From Paludibacteraceae bacterium (lineage in GTDB: Bacteria > Bacteroidota > Bacteroidia > Bacteroidales > Paludibacteraceae): a stretch of DNA of 50,269 nt. How positions within the stretch are numbered: position 1 is the first letter of the stretch; each line of letters begins with the position of its first letter. The notes beneath the pieces were generated by a model. That model searched no databases and was not told the DNA's origin. It saw only the letters and a list, made by a program, of their open reading frames with translations. The stretch spans positions 1 through 50,269 of the forward strand of contig JAGNUZ010000001.1 of NCBI GenBank assembly GCA_017986765.1, in the 5' to 3' direction. The translations under genes and the position numbers were made by a program. Of this stretch, positions 34,460 to 44,293 are shown one piece after another.

Positions 34460-35467
34460 TTATAACCCAAATTTTGATAAATCCGTTCGTAAAGATATAT
34501 GCAATGTCGTAGCAGCTTGATGATAAGAACCAAAACCGATACCCAACTCTACATCGCGTATATAAAAACCGATACCGCCCGAAAAGCCTGCTAACGAAAA
34601 TAATTCAGGAACAGGAAGTTCTTGTCCTCTCAAAAAATTATACGACAATGCTAACCAAAATCTCTCCGATGGAGGTAATACATCTACCCCTACAATAAAA
34701 TGCCGAGCCAGCAAACTAGCAAAAGAAAGTTCATTATCAGGAACAACATTTGTAGAAACATCGTAATTCCATCGTTGCAACTGTTGCATAGTAAGATGGA
34801 ACACAAAAGGAGCATGCGTTAACCGCTTTGACACACCAACGCTAATATTCAGAGGAAGCAAAGAACTAGGTTCTGCCGATTCGTATCCTGCAAATTGAGC
34901 TCCTATATTTCTGGCAGTAAAACCAATCTGCAACTGGCTTTCCTCGTCCACGAATAAAATACCAAAATCACTAGCAAGAGCAAACAAAGTATAGCGTTCA
35001 TACACACCTAATACCGGTTTCAAGGTAGCACCGATACTAAAATATGGATTCAGGCGATGTGCGTATGTCATTTGCAAAGCAATATCTTTAGCCGAAAAAC
35101 TGCCCGTTCCCACTCCAAACTCATCAAAACCCTCAAACTGACCATAATCAATATACTGAAAACCTGCACTCCACATACCTTTTTCAGCAATGGAATGACT
35201 GTACAAGCCCGAACCATAGCCAGTACCTGCAAAATAGCTGGCTACATTCAAAGATAATTCGTTCGAGTGTTGCAACGACAACAAAGCGGGGTTGGAAAAA
35301 GAAAAAGCAATATCTTTTCCGCTAAACGAAATATTGTTGCCTCCCAATGCCGCAAGATGTGCCGAAGCGGGTTGTTCCAAAAAATTCGGAGAAATAAAAG
35401 ATTGTGCAGACACAACAGTATTTGATAAAACACAGAGTCCAACACAGATACTAACTAACTTCTTCAT
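34460..35467 (-). CDS. porQ: T9SS outer-membrane beta-barrel protein, PorQ-like
   Basis: Signal peptide and a 335-aa beta-barrel pattern starting ...AQSFISPNFLEQPASAHLAALGG. It sits immediately upstream of cmk-ispH, which I recall is the position of porQ in Porphyromonas gingivalis (to be verified). Confidence 0.6.
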   Translation of the reverse strand: MKKLVSICVGLCVLSNTVVSAQSFISPNFLEQPASAHLAALGGNNISFSGKDIAFSFSNPALLSLQHSNELSLNVASYFAGTGYGSGLYSHSIAEKGMWSAGFQYIDYGQFEGFDEFGVGTGSFSAKDIALQMTYAHRLNPYFSIGATLKPVLGVYERYTLFALASDFGILFVDEESQLQIGFTARNIGAQFAGYESAEPSSLLPLNISVGVSKRLTHAPFVFHLTMQQLQRWNYDVSTNVVPDNELSFASLLARHFIVGVDVLPPSERFWLALSYNFLRGQELPVPELFSLAGFSGGIGFYIRDVELGIGFGSYHQAATTLHISLRTDLSKFGL

Positions 35468-35493
35468 GCTTACTTATACTAAAAAAAAACATT

Positions 35494-35501
35494 CAAATAT
35501 A
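35494..35501 (-). promoter_or_regulatory. -7 promoter box (TATATTTG) for porQ-cmk-ispH-uvrA
   Basis: Minus-strand TAnnTTTG match 26 nt upstream of ATG 35467. Confidence 0.4.
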
Positions 35502-35605
35502 CTTCTTTTATAGCAAATAAGAACAGACGAAATCAATAAAAAAACCACAAAAAAAAATAACATCAAATTTTTTGAAGATATATAAGCTAATATAAAAAAA
35601 AATTG

Positions 35606-35613
35606 TACTTTTG
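35606..35613 (+). promoter_or_regulatory. -7 promoter box (TACTTTTG) for tonB
   Basis: TAnnTTTG match 34 nt upstream of ATG 35648. It lies inside the ORF-track N-terminal extension, which argues for the shorter start. Confidence 0.4.
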
Positions 35614-35647
35614 TGAGCAACTGTGTAAACGACAAATATCAAATTAT

Positions 35648-36334
35648 ATGGAAATTAAAAAGACCCCCAAAGCTAATTTGGAAAACAAAAAAACAATGGC
35701 TGTTCTAATAGGGCTAGTATTAGCTTTTGGAATCATGTTCATTGCATTCGAATGGTCTAAAAACGAAATCAAAGTCTATGATGACGCTATTGCTGGCGAT
35801 TTTGTAGAAGATGAAGAATTGATAGAAGTAACTTTCCGTGATGAAACACCACCACCACCACCGCCACCTATCCAAGAAACCGTTTTAAGTGATATCATTG
35901 ATATTCGTGAGAATAAAGAAGATATTCAGACAAAAGATTTTGATTCTGAAGATGATAAAAATAAAAAGGTAGCCATTCAGAAACCTATCGCTGCTCCAGT
36001 AGAAGACCCTGAAGAAAATAGAATTCACGTGGTAGTAGAAAGAATGCCCGAATTTCCAGGTGGAGAAGCAGCTATGAATCAATTTATTGCACGGAATATT
36101 CGTTATCCTATTATTGCACAAGAAAACGGAATTCAAGGACGTGTTGTATGCCAGTTTGTAGTAAATACTGACGGAAAAATTGTAGATGCTGTAGTTGTAC
36201 GTGGTGTAGAAGAGAGCTTAGACAAAGAAGCTTTGCGTGTAATCAAAGCTATGCCGCCATGGACTCCTGGAAGACAAGGAGGGAAAAATGTGCGTGTAAA
36301 ATACACCTTACCCATTCGATTCAAACTTGGATAA
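35648..36334 (+). CDS. tonB: Energy transducer TonB
   Basis: N-terminal TM anchor, a proline-rich spacer (ETPPPPPPPIQE), and a TonB C-terminal domain (MPEFPGGEAAMNQFIARNIRYPIIAQENGIQGRVVCQFVV...DG). Confidence 0.85.
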   Translation: MEIKKTPKANLENKKTMAVLIGLVLAFGIMFIAFEWSKNEIKVYDDAIAGDFVEDEELIEVTFRDETPPPPPPPIQETVLSDIIDIRENKEDIQTKDFDSEDDKNKKVAIQKPIAAPVEDPEENRIHVVVERMPEFPGGEAAMNQFIARNIRYPIIAQENGIQGRVVCQFVVNTDGKIVDAVVVRGVEESLDKEALRVIKAMPPWTPGRQGGKNVRVKYTLPIRFKLG

Positions 36335-36343
36335 AACATAGAC

Positions 36344-36370
36344 AAAGCCTTGCCGATTTGGCGAGGCTTT
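36344..36370 (+). terminator. Intrinsic terminator after tonB
   Basis: AAAGCCTTGCC - GATTT - GGCGAGGCTTT forms an 11-bp stem with one G-U pair, 10 nt past the stop and followed by CTT. Confidence 0.6.
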
Positions 36371-36392
36371 CTTAAACCCCTATACTCTATAT

Positions 36393-37616
36393 ATGATAGA
36401 TAATGTTAAAATAGAAATAGAACGTGTAGTATTAGTAGGTCTTATTACTCAACAACAGAATGAGAGAAAAACCAACGAATACTTAAAAGAATTAGCTTTT
36501 CTTGCCGAAACTGCGGGTGCTACTGTTGTCAAACAGTTTCATCAACGGGTAGAATACCCAAATACAAAAACCTACGTGGGCAAGGGTAAGTTACAAGAAA
36601 TAAAAGAGTTTGTACACGAAGAGGAAATTAATTTAGTTATTTTCGACGATGAACTATCTCCTTCGCAACTACGCAACATTGAAAATGAACTTGACGTAAA
36701 AGCACTAGATAGGACAAGTTTAATTTTGGATATTTTTGCCAAAAGAGCTCAAACCGCTCATGCAAAAACGCAAGTAGAATTGGCTCAATATACCTACTTC
36801 CTACCACGACTTACCCGACTTTGGACTCACTTAGAAAGACAAAAAGGAGGTATTGGATTAAGAGGTCCTGGTGAAACGCAAATAGAAACAGACAGGCGAA
36901 TCATTTTGGATAAAATGGCTCGTTTAAAAGCTGAACTAATCCATATTGACAAACAAAAAGTAGTACAACGCAAAAACAGAATTCAAATGGTGCGTGTAGC
37001 CTTAGTTGGATATACCAACGTAGGAAAATCTACATTGATGAATTTGCTAAGCAAATCGAATATATTTGCTGAAAACAAACTATTTGCCACATTAGATACC
37101 ACCGTACGCAAGATGACGGTCAACAACCTAGCTTTTCTTCTTTCCGATACAGTTGGATTTATCCGCAAATTGCCTCATGGTTTAGTCGAATCGTTCAAAT
37201 CAACCTTAGATGAGGTAAGAGAAACGGATATATTGGTACACGTCGTGGATATTTCTCACCCTGCGTTCGAAGAACAAATGGAAGTAGTACAAAAAACACT
37301 CAACGAGATAGACAAAACAGAAAAACCAACGATTCTTGTCTTTAACAAAATAGATGCCTTTACGTACGAAAAAAAGGACGAGGATGACCTTACCCCTATA
37401 CGTCAAGAAAATATTTCGTTAGAAGAATTGCAAGCAACATGGATGGCGAAACTCAATACAAACTGTATCTTTATTTCTGCTACGGAAAAAACCAATATTG
37501 ACGCATTAAAAGAACTTTTGTACACCAAAGCAAAAGAGATACATACGGCACGGTTTCCATACAACGATTTTTTATACCAAGAATACGAAAATGATGATGA
37601 TGATAAAGCATTATAA
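36393..37616 (+). CDS. hflX: GTPase HflX
   Basis: HflX N-domain, then GYTNVGKSTLMN (G1), DTVGF (G3) and NKID (G4). 407 aa. Confidence 0.9.
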   Translation: MIDNVKIEIERVVLVGLITQQQNERKTNEYLKELAFLAETAGATVVKQFHQRVEYPNTKTYVGKGKLQEIKEFVHEEEINLVIFDDELSPSQLRNIENELDVKALDRTSLILDIFAKRAQTAHAKTQVELAQYTYFLPRLTRLWTHLERQKGGIGLRGPGETQIETDRRIILDKMARLKAELIHIDKQKVVQRKNRIQMVRVALVGYTNVGKSTLMNLLSKSNIFAENKLFATLDTTVRKMTVNNLAFLLSDTVGFIRKLPHGLVESFKSTLDEVRETDILVHVVDISHPAFEEQMEVVQKTLNEIDKTEKPTILVFNKIDAFTYEKKDEDDLTPIRQENISLEELQATWMAKLNTNCIFISATEKTNIDALKELLYTKAKEIHTARFPYNDFLYQEYENDDDDKAL

Positions 37617-37640
37617 CAATCCTAAATTTACTGTTTTATA

Positions 37641-38429
37641 ATGATGTGGAAACAACCTGCTTGGCACATATATCAATACATCCGTTACTTTTTAAAGGCT
37701 AGATACAGAAAAGGACACGGCATTCATTCTCCCTTAGTATATGCTTTTGTCAAAGATATACTGGAAGAAAAAAAGCCATATTACTGTTTTGATTCGATCG
37801 AAAATACCAGAAAAAACCTCCGAAAAAGCGAAGACTCAATCTTTGTTGAAGATTTTGGCACGGGAATATCCTGTAACAAAAAAATAGCCAACATTGCAAC
37901 AAACAGCCTAAAAAACAAACGCTACGCCCAACTCATTTTCCGAATTGTAGCTCACTATAAGCCACAGAATATCATTGAATTAGGGACTAGCCTAGGTATT
38001 ACGACCTCCTACATTGCCTCGGCGAACAAAACAGCAAACATCTATTCATTTGAAGGAGCGAACGAAATAGCCAACATTGCCGAAAAGGTATTTCACCAAC
38101 AGCAACTTACCAATATCTCGCTTATAGTGGGAGACATCACCTCGCAACTTCCCTTGTTCTTGGCTCAAACGAGCAAAATTGACATGGTATTTTTTGATGC
38201 AAACCATAAAAAGCAACCCTCCCTCGATTATTTTAATCTCTGCATAAAAAAAGCTAGCAAAACTGCCATTTTTATTTTCGATGACATATATTGGTCAAAA
38301 GAAATGAAATCCGCTTGGCAAGAAATATGTGCAGACAAAAGAGTCCGCGTATCTATTGACCTATTTTCTATCGGGGTGGTATTTTTACATCCAGAACTAA
38401 AGAAAAAACATTATTTGATACGTCATTAA
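37641..38429 (+). CDS. Class I SAM-dependent (O-)methyltransferase
   Basis: IIELGTSLGITTSY (motif I-like G.G), FFDANHKK and IFDDIYW, resembling the Methyltransf_24 / caffeoyl-CoA OMT-like fold. Confidence 0.6.
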   Translation: MMWKQPAWHIYQYIRYFLKARYRKGHGIHSPLVYAFVKDILEEKKPYYCFDSIENTRKNLRKSEDSIFVEDFGTGISCNKKIANIATNSLKNKRYAQLIFRIVAHYKPQNIIELGTSLGITTSYIASANKTANIYSFEGANEIANIAEKVFHQQQLTNISLIVGDITSQLPLFLAQTSKIDMVFFDANHKKQPSLDYFNLCIKKASKTAIFIFDDIYWSKEMKSAWQEICADKRVRVSIDLFSIGVVFLHPELKKKHYLIRH

Positions 38430-38477
38430 TAAAATATAGATTCTAGACTTTCCCCTTCACACAAAAAGAAACCCATT

Positions 38478-38993
38478 ATGAAAATATATACGAAAACAGG
38501 CGACAAAGGTACTACTGGATTAATCGGAGGTACACGTATAGAAAAAAACGACCCTCGTTTAGAAATTTACGGAACATTTGATGAGCTTACAAGCTATTTA
38601 GGAGTCCTTAAAAACCAACAGATTGATGAGTTGCACAAAGCAGAAATTCACTTTATTCAACAAAACATCATTCAAGTAAATGCAATTTTTGCCATCGACT
38701 ATACCTCGAATAGTCATTTAGCCGAAAAATACAACATAGAATCCAATGCAATCAGTTATTTAGAAGAACGAATAGACGCCTATACAAAATTAATGCCCCC
38801 ATTGAAAGGATTCATTATTCCAGGCGAAAACATAGTTTCAGCACATTGCGATGTATGCCGAACGATATGCAGACGAGCCGAACGCAGAATATACGACATA
38901 AATTTAGCGTCTAAACAAGAAGAAGCAGCTATATTCATCAACCGTCTTTCAGACTTTCTGTATGTCTTAGCTCGAAAATTAAGTATTTCGTAA
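38478..38993 (+). CDS. PduO-type ATP:cob(I)alamin adenosyltransferase
   Basis: MKIYTKTGDKGTTGLIGG is the hallmark N-terminus of the PduO/MMAB family, and RRAERR is present near the C-terminus. Confidence 0.85.
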   Translation: MKIYTKTGDKGTTGLIGGTRIEKNDPRLEIYGTFDELTSYLGVLKNQQIDELHKAEIHFIQQNIIQVNAIFAIDYTSNSHLAEKYNIESNAISYLEERIDAYTKLMPPLKGFIIPGENIVSAHCDVCRTICRRAERRIYDINLASKQEEAAIFINRLSDFLYVLARKLSIS

Positions 38994-39037
38994 ATTAAAA
39001 AAACATAATAAAACTCTTGCGAACTAAAAAAATATTT

Positions 39038-39045
39038 TTACCTTT
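39038..39045 (+). promoter_or_regulatory. -7 promoter box (TACCTTTG) for the DUF2795 gene
   Basis: TAnnTTTG match 51 nt upstream of ATG 39097. Confidence 0.4.
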
Positions 39046-39096
39046 GCGAGCGGTTTAAATAAGTTTTTGTAAAAATTAATAATCGAGAGATATAAT

Positions 39097-39318
39097 ATGT
39101 ATTGGACGTTAGAGTTAGCATCAAAACTAGAAGATGCACCTTGGCCTGCGACCAAAGATGAGTTGATAGATTACGCAATTAGATCGGGGGCTCCTCTAGA
39201 AGTGATAGAAAATTTGCAAGAGATTGAAGATGAAGGCGAAATCTATGAAACCATAGAAGATATTTGGCCTGATTATCCAAGCAAAGAGGACTTCTTCTTT
39301 AATGAAGATGAATATTAA
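39097..39318 (+). CDS. DUF2795-like small acidic protein
   Basis: 73 aa. The ...PWPATKDELIDYAIRSGAPLEVIENLQ... pattern is characteristic of DUF2795, followed by a highly acidic tail. Confidence 0.6.
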   Translation: MYWTLELASKLEDAPWPATKDELIDYAIRSGAPLEVIENLQEIEDEGEIYETIEDIWPDYPSKEDFFFNEDEY

Positions 39319-39344
39319 TTAAAAAAAACCATTGCATAAGGCAA

Positions 39345-39352
39345 TATTTTTG
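39345..39352 (+). promoter_or_regulatory. -7 promoter box (TATTTTTG) for porP-porKLMN
   Basis: TAnnTTTG match 79 nt upstream of ATG 39432. Confidence 0.4.
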
Positions 39353-39431
39353 TAAAAAATCTGTTAATAAATAGCAAGCGGCAATTTATCCTTGGGGTTA
39401 AGACATAGCTTAGTCGCCAAATATATTTTTT

Positions 39432-40376
39432 ATGAAGAAAAAACTTCTCGTTTGGTTGTTTATTGTTTCTGCAACAACAATAGGTTTTGCTCAGCAAAAT
39501 GTACAGTTTAGTCAGTTTACACTGAATATAAATGCAATAAACCCAGCAGTTACAGGCAACAGCGAGATGATACAGATATCTGGAGTGCATCGTCAACAGT
39601 GGTTGAATTTGCAAAGAGCACCTCAAACAACGTTTATGAACGTCGAGTTGCCATTCCTCATACAACACTCGAAACATGGTGTAGGTATATCTTTTTTAAA
39701 CGAAAGTATCGGTTTGTTTACCGATCAATCAATATGGTTAAAATATGCCTATCACAAAGAAATAAGTAACAACACAAACCTTAGCGGAGGTTTGGTATTT
39801 CAATTCAAAAGCCTTGGCTTCAATGCCAAAGATGCAGACTTAGGAACAAGCGACTATCACGCAGCCAGTGACCCATCAGTGCCTTCGGGGACAGATATTT
39901 CTGATTTAAAAACAGACATTGGTATAGGAGCTTTACTAACGAATAAAGCCTACACATTGGGTATATCCTTACAAAACATTGTAGCACCTACCTATCAATT
40001 AAGCAATGCTGAATTTAACTCTTCTAGACAACTTAATTTATTTGGTATATACAATATAAGGGTAATTAATTCGTTATACTTAATAAAACCATCAGTTTTG
40101 ACGAAAACTGATTTCGCATCGTGGCAATTTGAAGTTGCAACAATTGTTGAATACAAAGAGAAATACTGGGGTGGTTTAGGATACAGACTACAAGATGCAC
40201 TGATTTTCCAAGTGGGTACGCAGCTCGCAAGTGGATTGACCATTGGATATGCATTCGATTTACCTGTATCAAAGATGTTATACACCAGCATTGGAACACA
40301 TGAATTATCATTATCGTATAGCTTTAAACTTGATTTTGCGAAAAAGCAAACATACAAAAGTATTCGATATTTATAA
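39432..40376 (+). CDS. porP: PorP/SprF-family T9SS outer-membrane protein
   Basis: Signal peptide then AQQNVQFSQFTLNINAINPAVTG, the PorP/SprF N-terminal signature. 314-aa beta-barrel directly upstream of porK. Confidence 0.85.
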   Translation: MKKKLLVWLFIVSATTIGFAQQNVQFSQFTLNINAINPAVTGNSEMIQISGVHRQQWLNLQRAPQTTFMNVELPFLIQHSKHGVGISFLNESIGLFTDQSIWLKYAYHKEISNNTNLSGGLVFQFKSLGFNAKDADLGTSDYHAASDPSVPSGTDISDLKTDIGIGALLTNKAYTLGISLQNIVAPTYQLSNAEFNSSRQLNLFGIYNIRVINSLYLIKPSVLTKTDFASWQFEVATIVEYKEKYWGGLGYRLQDALIFQVGTQLASGLTIGYAFDLPVSKMLYTSIGTHELSLSYSFKLDFAKKQTYKSIRYL

Positions 40377-40397
40377 GCTTTAACCTAAGAATCAAAT

Positions 40398-41810
40398 ATG
40401 AAAAAATTACTTGTCTTATTAGTTGCTGTTACAGCTCTTGCCAGTTGTAGTAATAAAGGAAGCGGAGAATTAGTTGGCGTAAAAGGTGATGCATGGAAAG
40501 ACCCTACCCCTTACGGGATGGTATTTATTCCATCTGGATCTTTTACTATGGGATCAAACGACCAAGATGCCAATTGGGCTCTTTCTACACAAGCTAAAGT
40601 AGTATCTGTAGATGCTTTCTGGATGGACGAAACTGAAATTACAAACCGCGAATACAAGCAATTTGTATATTGGGTTCGCGACTCAATTGCACGGACAAAA
40701 CTGGGCGAAGCTGACGAAACATTCCTTATCACACAAGATAAAAGAGGAAATGAATTGGAAAAACCACGTTTAAACTGGAAACCAAAAATTCCATGGTCTA
40801 AAGCAAACGAAGAGCAAACAGAAGCAATAGACGCCATGTATTACTCTCCTGATGAATCTCTTTCAACCACAAAAGAGTTAAACGGTCATATCCTACACTA
40901 CAAATATACATGGATAGATTATAATCAAGCTGCTCTAAAACGCAACAAATTCAACACAAACACAGGTAAGTTTGAAGCTGACTTATCTTTATTAGGGAAA
41001 GGCAAAGACAGTGCAGACGTAATGGTTAAAAAAGACACTGCTTTTCTAACTGAAGAAGGATATATTTCAAATCAAACTAAATTTGTTGAATTGAAAAATA
41101 GAAGAGATTTCATTTCTTCTAAAATCATCAATATTTATCCTGACACCCTTTCATGGGTGAGAGACTTTACGTATGCATACAACGAGCCTTACATGAAAAT
41201 GTATTTCTACCATGACGGTTATGGCGATTATCCTGTAGTAGGTATCAACTGGGAACAAGCTAGTGCATTCTGCCATTGGAGAACAAACTTCTACAACCAA
41301 GCACAAATCAACAACAATCGTCACATTGTACAAGACTATCGCTTACCTACGGAATCTGAGTGGGAATACGCAGCTAGAGGTGGCAAAGACTTATCTATGT
41401 ATCCTTGGGGTGGCAATTACATAAGAACTGCAAAAGGTTGCTTTATGGCAAATTTCAAACCACAAAGAGGAAACTATACGGTGGACGGTTTTATGATAGC
41501 TGCACAAGTAGCATCTTTCCCTCCTAACAATTACGGGTTATATGACATGTCTGGCAACGTAGCCGAATGGACATCATCTGCATACCACGAATCAAACTAC
41601 AGTTTTGTAAACGACTTGAATCCTAGCTACCAATACAACGCCAAAGCTAGTGATCCTGAAATTATGAAACGTAAAGTTATACGTGGTGGTTCTTGGAAAG
41701 ATATAGGCTATTACCTACAATGTGGTACAAGAACTTATGATTATCAAACAGAATCAAGATCATATATTGGTTTCCGTTGCGTAAGAAGTGTTATCGGAGC
41801 AAATTACTAA
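40398..41810 (+). CDS. porK: T9SS ring lipoprotein PorK/GldK (FGE-sulfatase/SUMF1-like fold)
   Basis: Lipobox LASC. YGMVFIPSGSFTMGS, YRLPTESEWEYAARGG and RVIRGGSWKD motifs of the GldK family. Confidence 0.9.
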   Translation: MKKLLVLLVAVTALASCSNKGSGELVGVKGDAWKDPTPYGMVFIPSGSFTMGSNDQDANWALSTQAKVVSVDAFWMDETEITNREYKQFVYWVRDSIARTKLGEADETFLITQDKRGNELEKPRLNWKPKIPWSKANEEQTEAIDAMYYSPDESLSTTKELNGHILHYKYTWIDYNQAALKRNKFNTNTGKFEADLSLLGKGKDSADVMVKKDTAFLTEEGYISNQTKFVELKNRRDFISSKIINIYPDTLSWVRDFTYAYNEPYMKMYFYHDGYGDYPVVGINWEQASAFCHWRTNFYNQAQINNNRHIVQDYRLPTESEWEYAARGGKDLSMYPWGGNYIRTAKGCFMANFKPQRGNYTVDGFMIAAQVASFPPNNYGLYDMSGNVAEWTSSAYHESNYSFVNDLNPSYQYNAKASDPEIMKRKVIRGGSWKDIGYYLQCGTRTYDYQTESRSYIGFRCVRSVIGANY

Positions 41811-41853
41811 TACTATAATTTCAAAAAAACTATTAACCTTAAAATCACACACA

Positions 41854-42675
41854 ATGTCTAAAGAAAATTATTTAAGTAGCCCTAAGGGGAAAAAGATGAC
41901 AGGATTGGCTTATGGATTAGGAGCCTCATTGGTTATCATTGGAGCTTTATTTAAAATTATGCACTTCCCCGGTGCTGGTATTATGTTATCAGTCGGTATG
42001 GGTGTTGAGGCATTACTATTTGCAATGTCTGCATTTGAAGATCCACATACAGAATACGATTGGAGTGTAGTATATCCAGAATTAGCTGGAGGAGAAGGAA
42101 CAGAAAGAGCCCCTAAAACACAACAACAAACAGCTTCATTAAACCTTTCTGGCGTAAATGCATTGGGTCAAGAAGAGGTAGAGAAACTGAAAGAAGGCAT
42201 TCGCAAATTAGGTGATACTGCTTCACAGATTGCAGATATATCTAGTGCATCTACAGCATCATCTGCTTACGTTAAAAACATGAATACGGCTTCTGATGCA
42301 ATCAGTGCGTTTGCTTCTACTCAAGTAGGATTAAAAAACTCTTCTGACTCATTGTTCCAATCATATAGAACTGTAGCAGAAAGTATGACTGCAGCAGCAT
42401 CTGATGCTAAAGGATATATGCAAGAAATGCAAGGGATTACTAGAAACCTTTCTTCTATCAACGCAAGCTACGAATTACAATTGAAAAATATTGATTCTCA
42501 ATCTAGCTTGTTAGAGAGTATGACCGGTGATCTTACTAAAATTAAAACAAACATGGGTGATGCTGCGTCTGAAACAGAATCATTCAAAGTACAAGCTACC
42601 AAATTAACACAACAAGTTAGCAGCTTGAACAATGTCTATGGTAATATGCTTAATGCGTTCAGCGCAAGAGCGTAA
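41854..42675 (+). CDS. porL: T9SS motor protein PorL/GldL
   Basis: Two N-terminal TM helices (LAYGLGASLVIIGALFKIMHFPGAGIMLSVGMGVEALLFAMSAFE), typical of GldL. I use ATG 41854, since the ORF-track start 41788 overlaps porK. Confidence 0.88.
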   Translation: MSKENYLSSPKGKKMTGLAYGLGASLVIIGALFKIMHFPGAGIMLSVGMGVEALLFAMSAFEDPHTEYDWSVVYPELAGGEGTERAPKTQQQTASLNLSGVNALGQEEVEKLKEGIRKLGDTASQIADISSASTASSAYVKNMNTASDAISAFASTQVGLKNSSDSLFQSYRTVAESMTAAASDAKGYMQEMQGITRNLSSINASYELQLKNIDSQSSLLESMTGDLTKIKTNMGDAASETESFKVQATKLTQQVSSLNNVYGNMLNAFSARA

Positions 42676-42718
42676 TCACAACAATTGTTTAATCTAAATT
42701 TGAAAAATATAAAATAAT

Positions 42719-44281
42719 ATGAGTGCAGCTAATTGTCCGGAAACCCCGAGACAGAAAATGATAGGTATGATGTACCTGGTACTTACGGCAATGCTTGCAT
42801 TGAACGTATCTGCTGACGTACTCAATGGGTTTACTTTAGTTCATGAAAGTTTAAATGAAAGTAAAGCTACAACTGAGATACAAAACACCATCCTTTTAGG
42901 TCAATTTGAAGATTTAAAATCTCAAAATCCACAAAGAGTAGGAGAATGGCTTGACAAAGCTAAAACAGTACAAGCTAAAACAGATTCATTGTATAATGCA
43001 ATAGAAACCCTTAAACTTGATATTGTAGTACAAGCAGATGGTTCTGACGCTGATGTAAACAACATCCAAAACAAATCTAATTTAGATGCTGGTGGTCAAA
43101 TTGCCCTTGTAACAGGTAGAGCTCGAAAATTAAAAGAATCTATAGAGCAATACAAAGCAGATATGACGGAAATGGTAGGTAAAGATTCGGCTAAAGTACA
43201 TTACTTGAATCAAACGTATAACACAGGGATGGTAACCAAACAAAATGGGGACAAAATTTCGTGGGAAGGTGCCATTTTTGAGTCAATGCCTGTAGTAGCA
43301 TCTATTACTTTGCTTACCAAAGTACAAGCAGACTTAAAACACACGGAACTTACAGTAGTAAACCACTTGAAAAACCAAGTAGACGCAAGTGACTTCCGTG
43401 TAAACAAAATTGAAGCATTAGTAATTGCAGAATCTAATTACATAACTAGAGGAGGTCGTTATTCAGCTAAAATTGTATTGGCAGCTATTGACTCTACGAT
43501 GAAACCAAAAATCATTGTAAATGGAAGAGAATTAGAAGGAGATAAAAATGATTATATTGTACAAGCAGGTTCTGTAGGTACATTCCCTGTAAAAGGAACA
43601 ATTCTATTACCTCGTTTAGATGGCTCAACACAATCATACGACTTTACAAGTTCTTATATGGTAGGTGAACCAACGGCAACTATTTCTGCAGACTTGATGA
43701 ACGTATTATATGCTGGGATTCAAAATCCAATTAGTGTATCTGTTCCTGGGATTCCAGCAGCAAACATTAATGTGAGTGTAAGTAATGGTACATTAACCCG
43801 TACGGGAAAAGGATGGAACATTAACCCACGAGTAGGTCAAGATTGTAACATTTCTGTATCCGCTAAAATGAGTGACGGTCGTGTGCAATCTATCGGTTCA
43901 AAACCTTTTAGAGTAAAAGCTCTTCCACCTCCATTGGCTTACATCGAATTTAAAGATGACAAAGGCAATACACAACAATACAAAGGAACTGGACGCCCTA
44001 TTCCAAAAGCTTTCTTAATCAATTCAAACGGAGTAAGAGCTGCTTTAGATGATTCTGATTTAGATGTTAAGTATCAAGTATTAGGTTTTGATGTGAACTT
44101 CTATGATTCAATGGGAAACGCTATCGTAAAAACATCTAACAATCAATCTTTTGCGGATGATCAAATGAGTTTGATGAGAGGCATGTCAAAAGGAAAAAAA
44201 TTCTTCATCTCTCGAGTTCGTGCTAAAGGACCAGACGGAATTGAAAGAGTATTACCTCCACTAGAAGTAACTATAAACTAA
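42719..44281 (+). CDS. porM: T9SS motor/periplasmic shaft protein PorM/GldM
   Basis: PRQKMIGMMYLVLTAMLALNVSADVLNGF is the conserved GldM N-terminal anchor. 520 aa. Confidence 0.9.
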   Translation: MSAANCPETPRQKMIGMMYLVLTAMLALNVSADVLNGFTLVHESLNESKATTEIQNTILLGQFEDLKSQNPQRVGEWLDKAKTVQAKTDSLYNAIETLKLDIVVQADGSDADVNNIQNKSNLDAGGQIALVTGRARKLKESIEQYKADMTEMVGKDSAKVHYLNQTYNTGMVTKQNGDKISWEGAIFESMPVVASITLLTKVQADLKHTELTVVNHLKNQVDASDFRVNKIEALVIAESNYITRGGRYSAKIVLAAIDSTMKPKIIVNGRELEGDKNDYIVQAGSVGTFPVKGTILLPRLDGSTQSYDFTSSYMVGEPTATISADLMNVLYAGIQNPISVSVPGIPAANINVSVSNGTLTRTGKGWNINPRVGQDCNISVSAKMSDGRVQSIGSKPFRVKALPPPLAYIEFKDDKGNTQQYKGTGRPIPKAFLINSNGVRAALDDSDLDVKYQVLGFDVNFYDSMGNAIVKTSNNQSFADDQMSLMRGMSKGKKFFISRVRAKGPDGIERVLPPLEVTIN

Positions 44282-44293
44282 AACGTTGCAGTA

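Noticed and set aside
35468-35647. Multiple long A-tracts in the porQ/tonB divergent intergenic region, considered as a repeat or mobile-element scar.
   Set aside because: There are no terminal inverted repeats, no direct duplications and no coding remnant. The region is consistent with an AT-rich, possibly curved, divergent promoter region.
38430-38477. Cobalamin riboswitch upstream of the PduO-type adenosyltransferase.
   Set aside because: The spacer is only 48 nt, far too short for a B12 element, and no B12-box-like sequence is present.
41788-41853. N-terminal extensions in the ORF track for porL (41788), tonB (35603), cmk (34533) and uppS (46060).
   Set aside because: The extensions overlap the upstream gene or a promoter box and carry no family-like sequence. 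Internal ATGs (41854, 35648, 34455, 46069) give canonical N-termini and sensible spacing.
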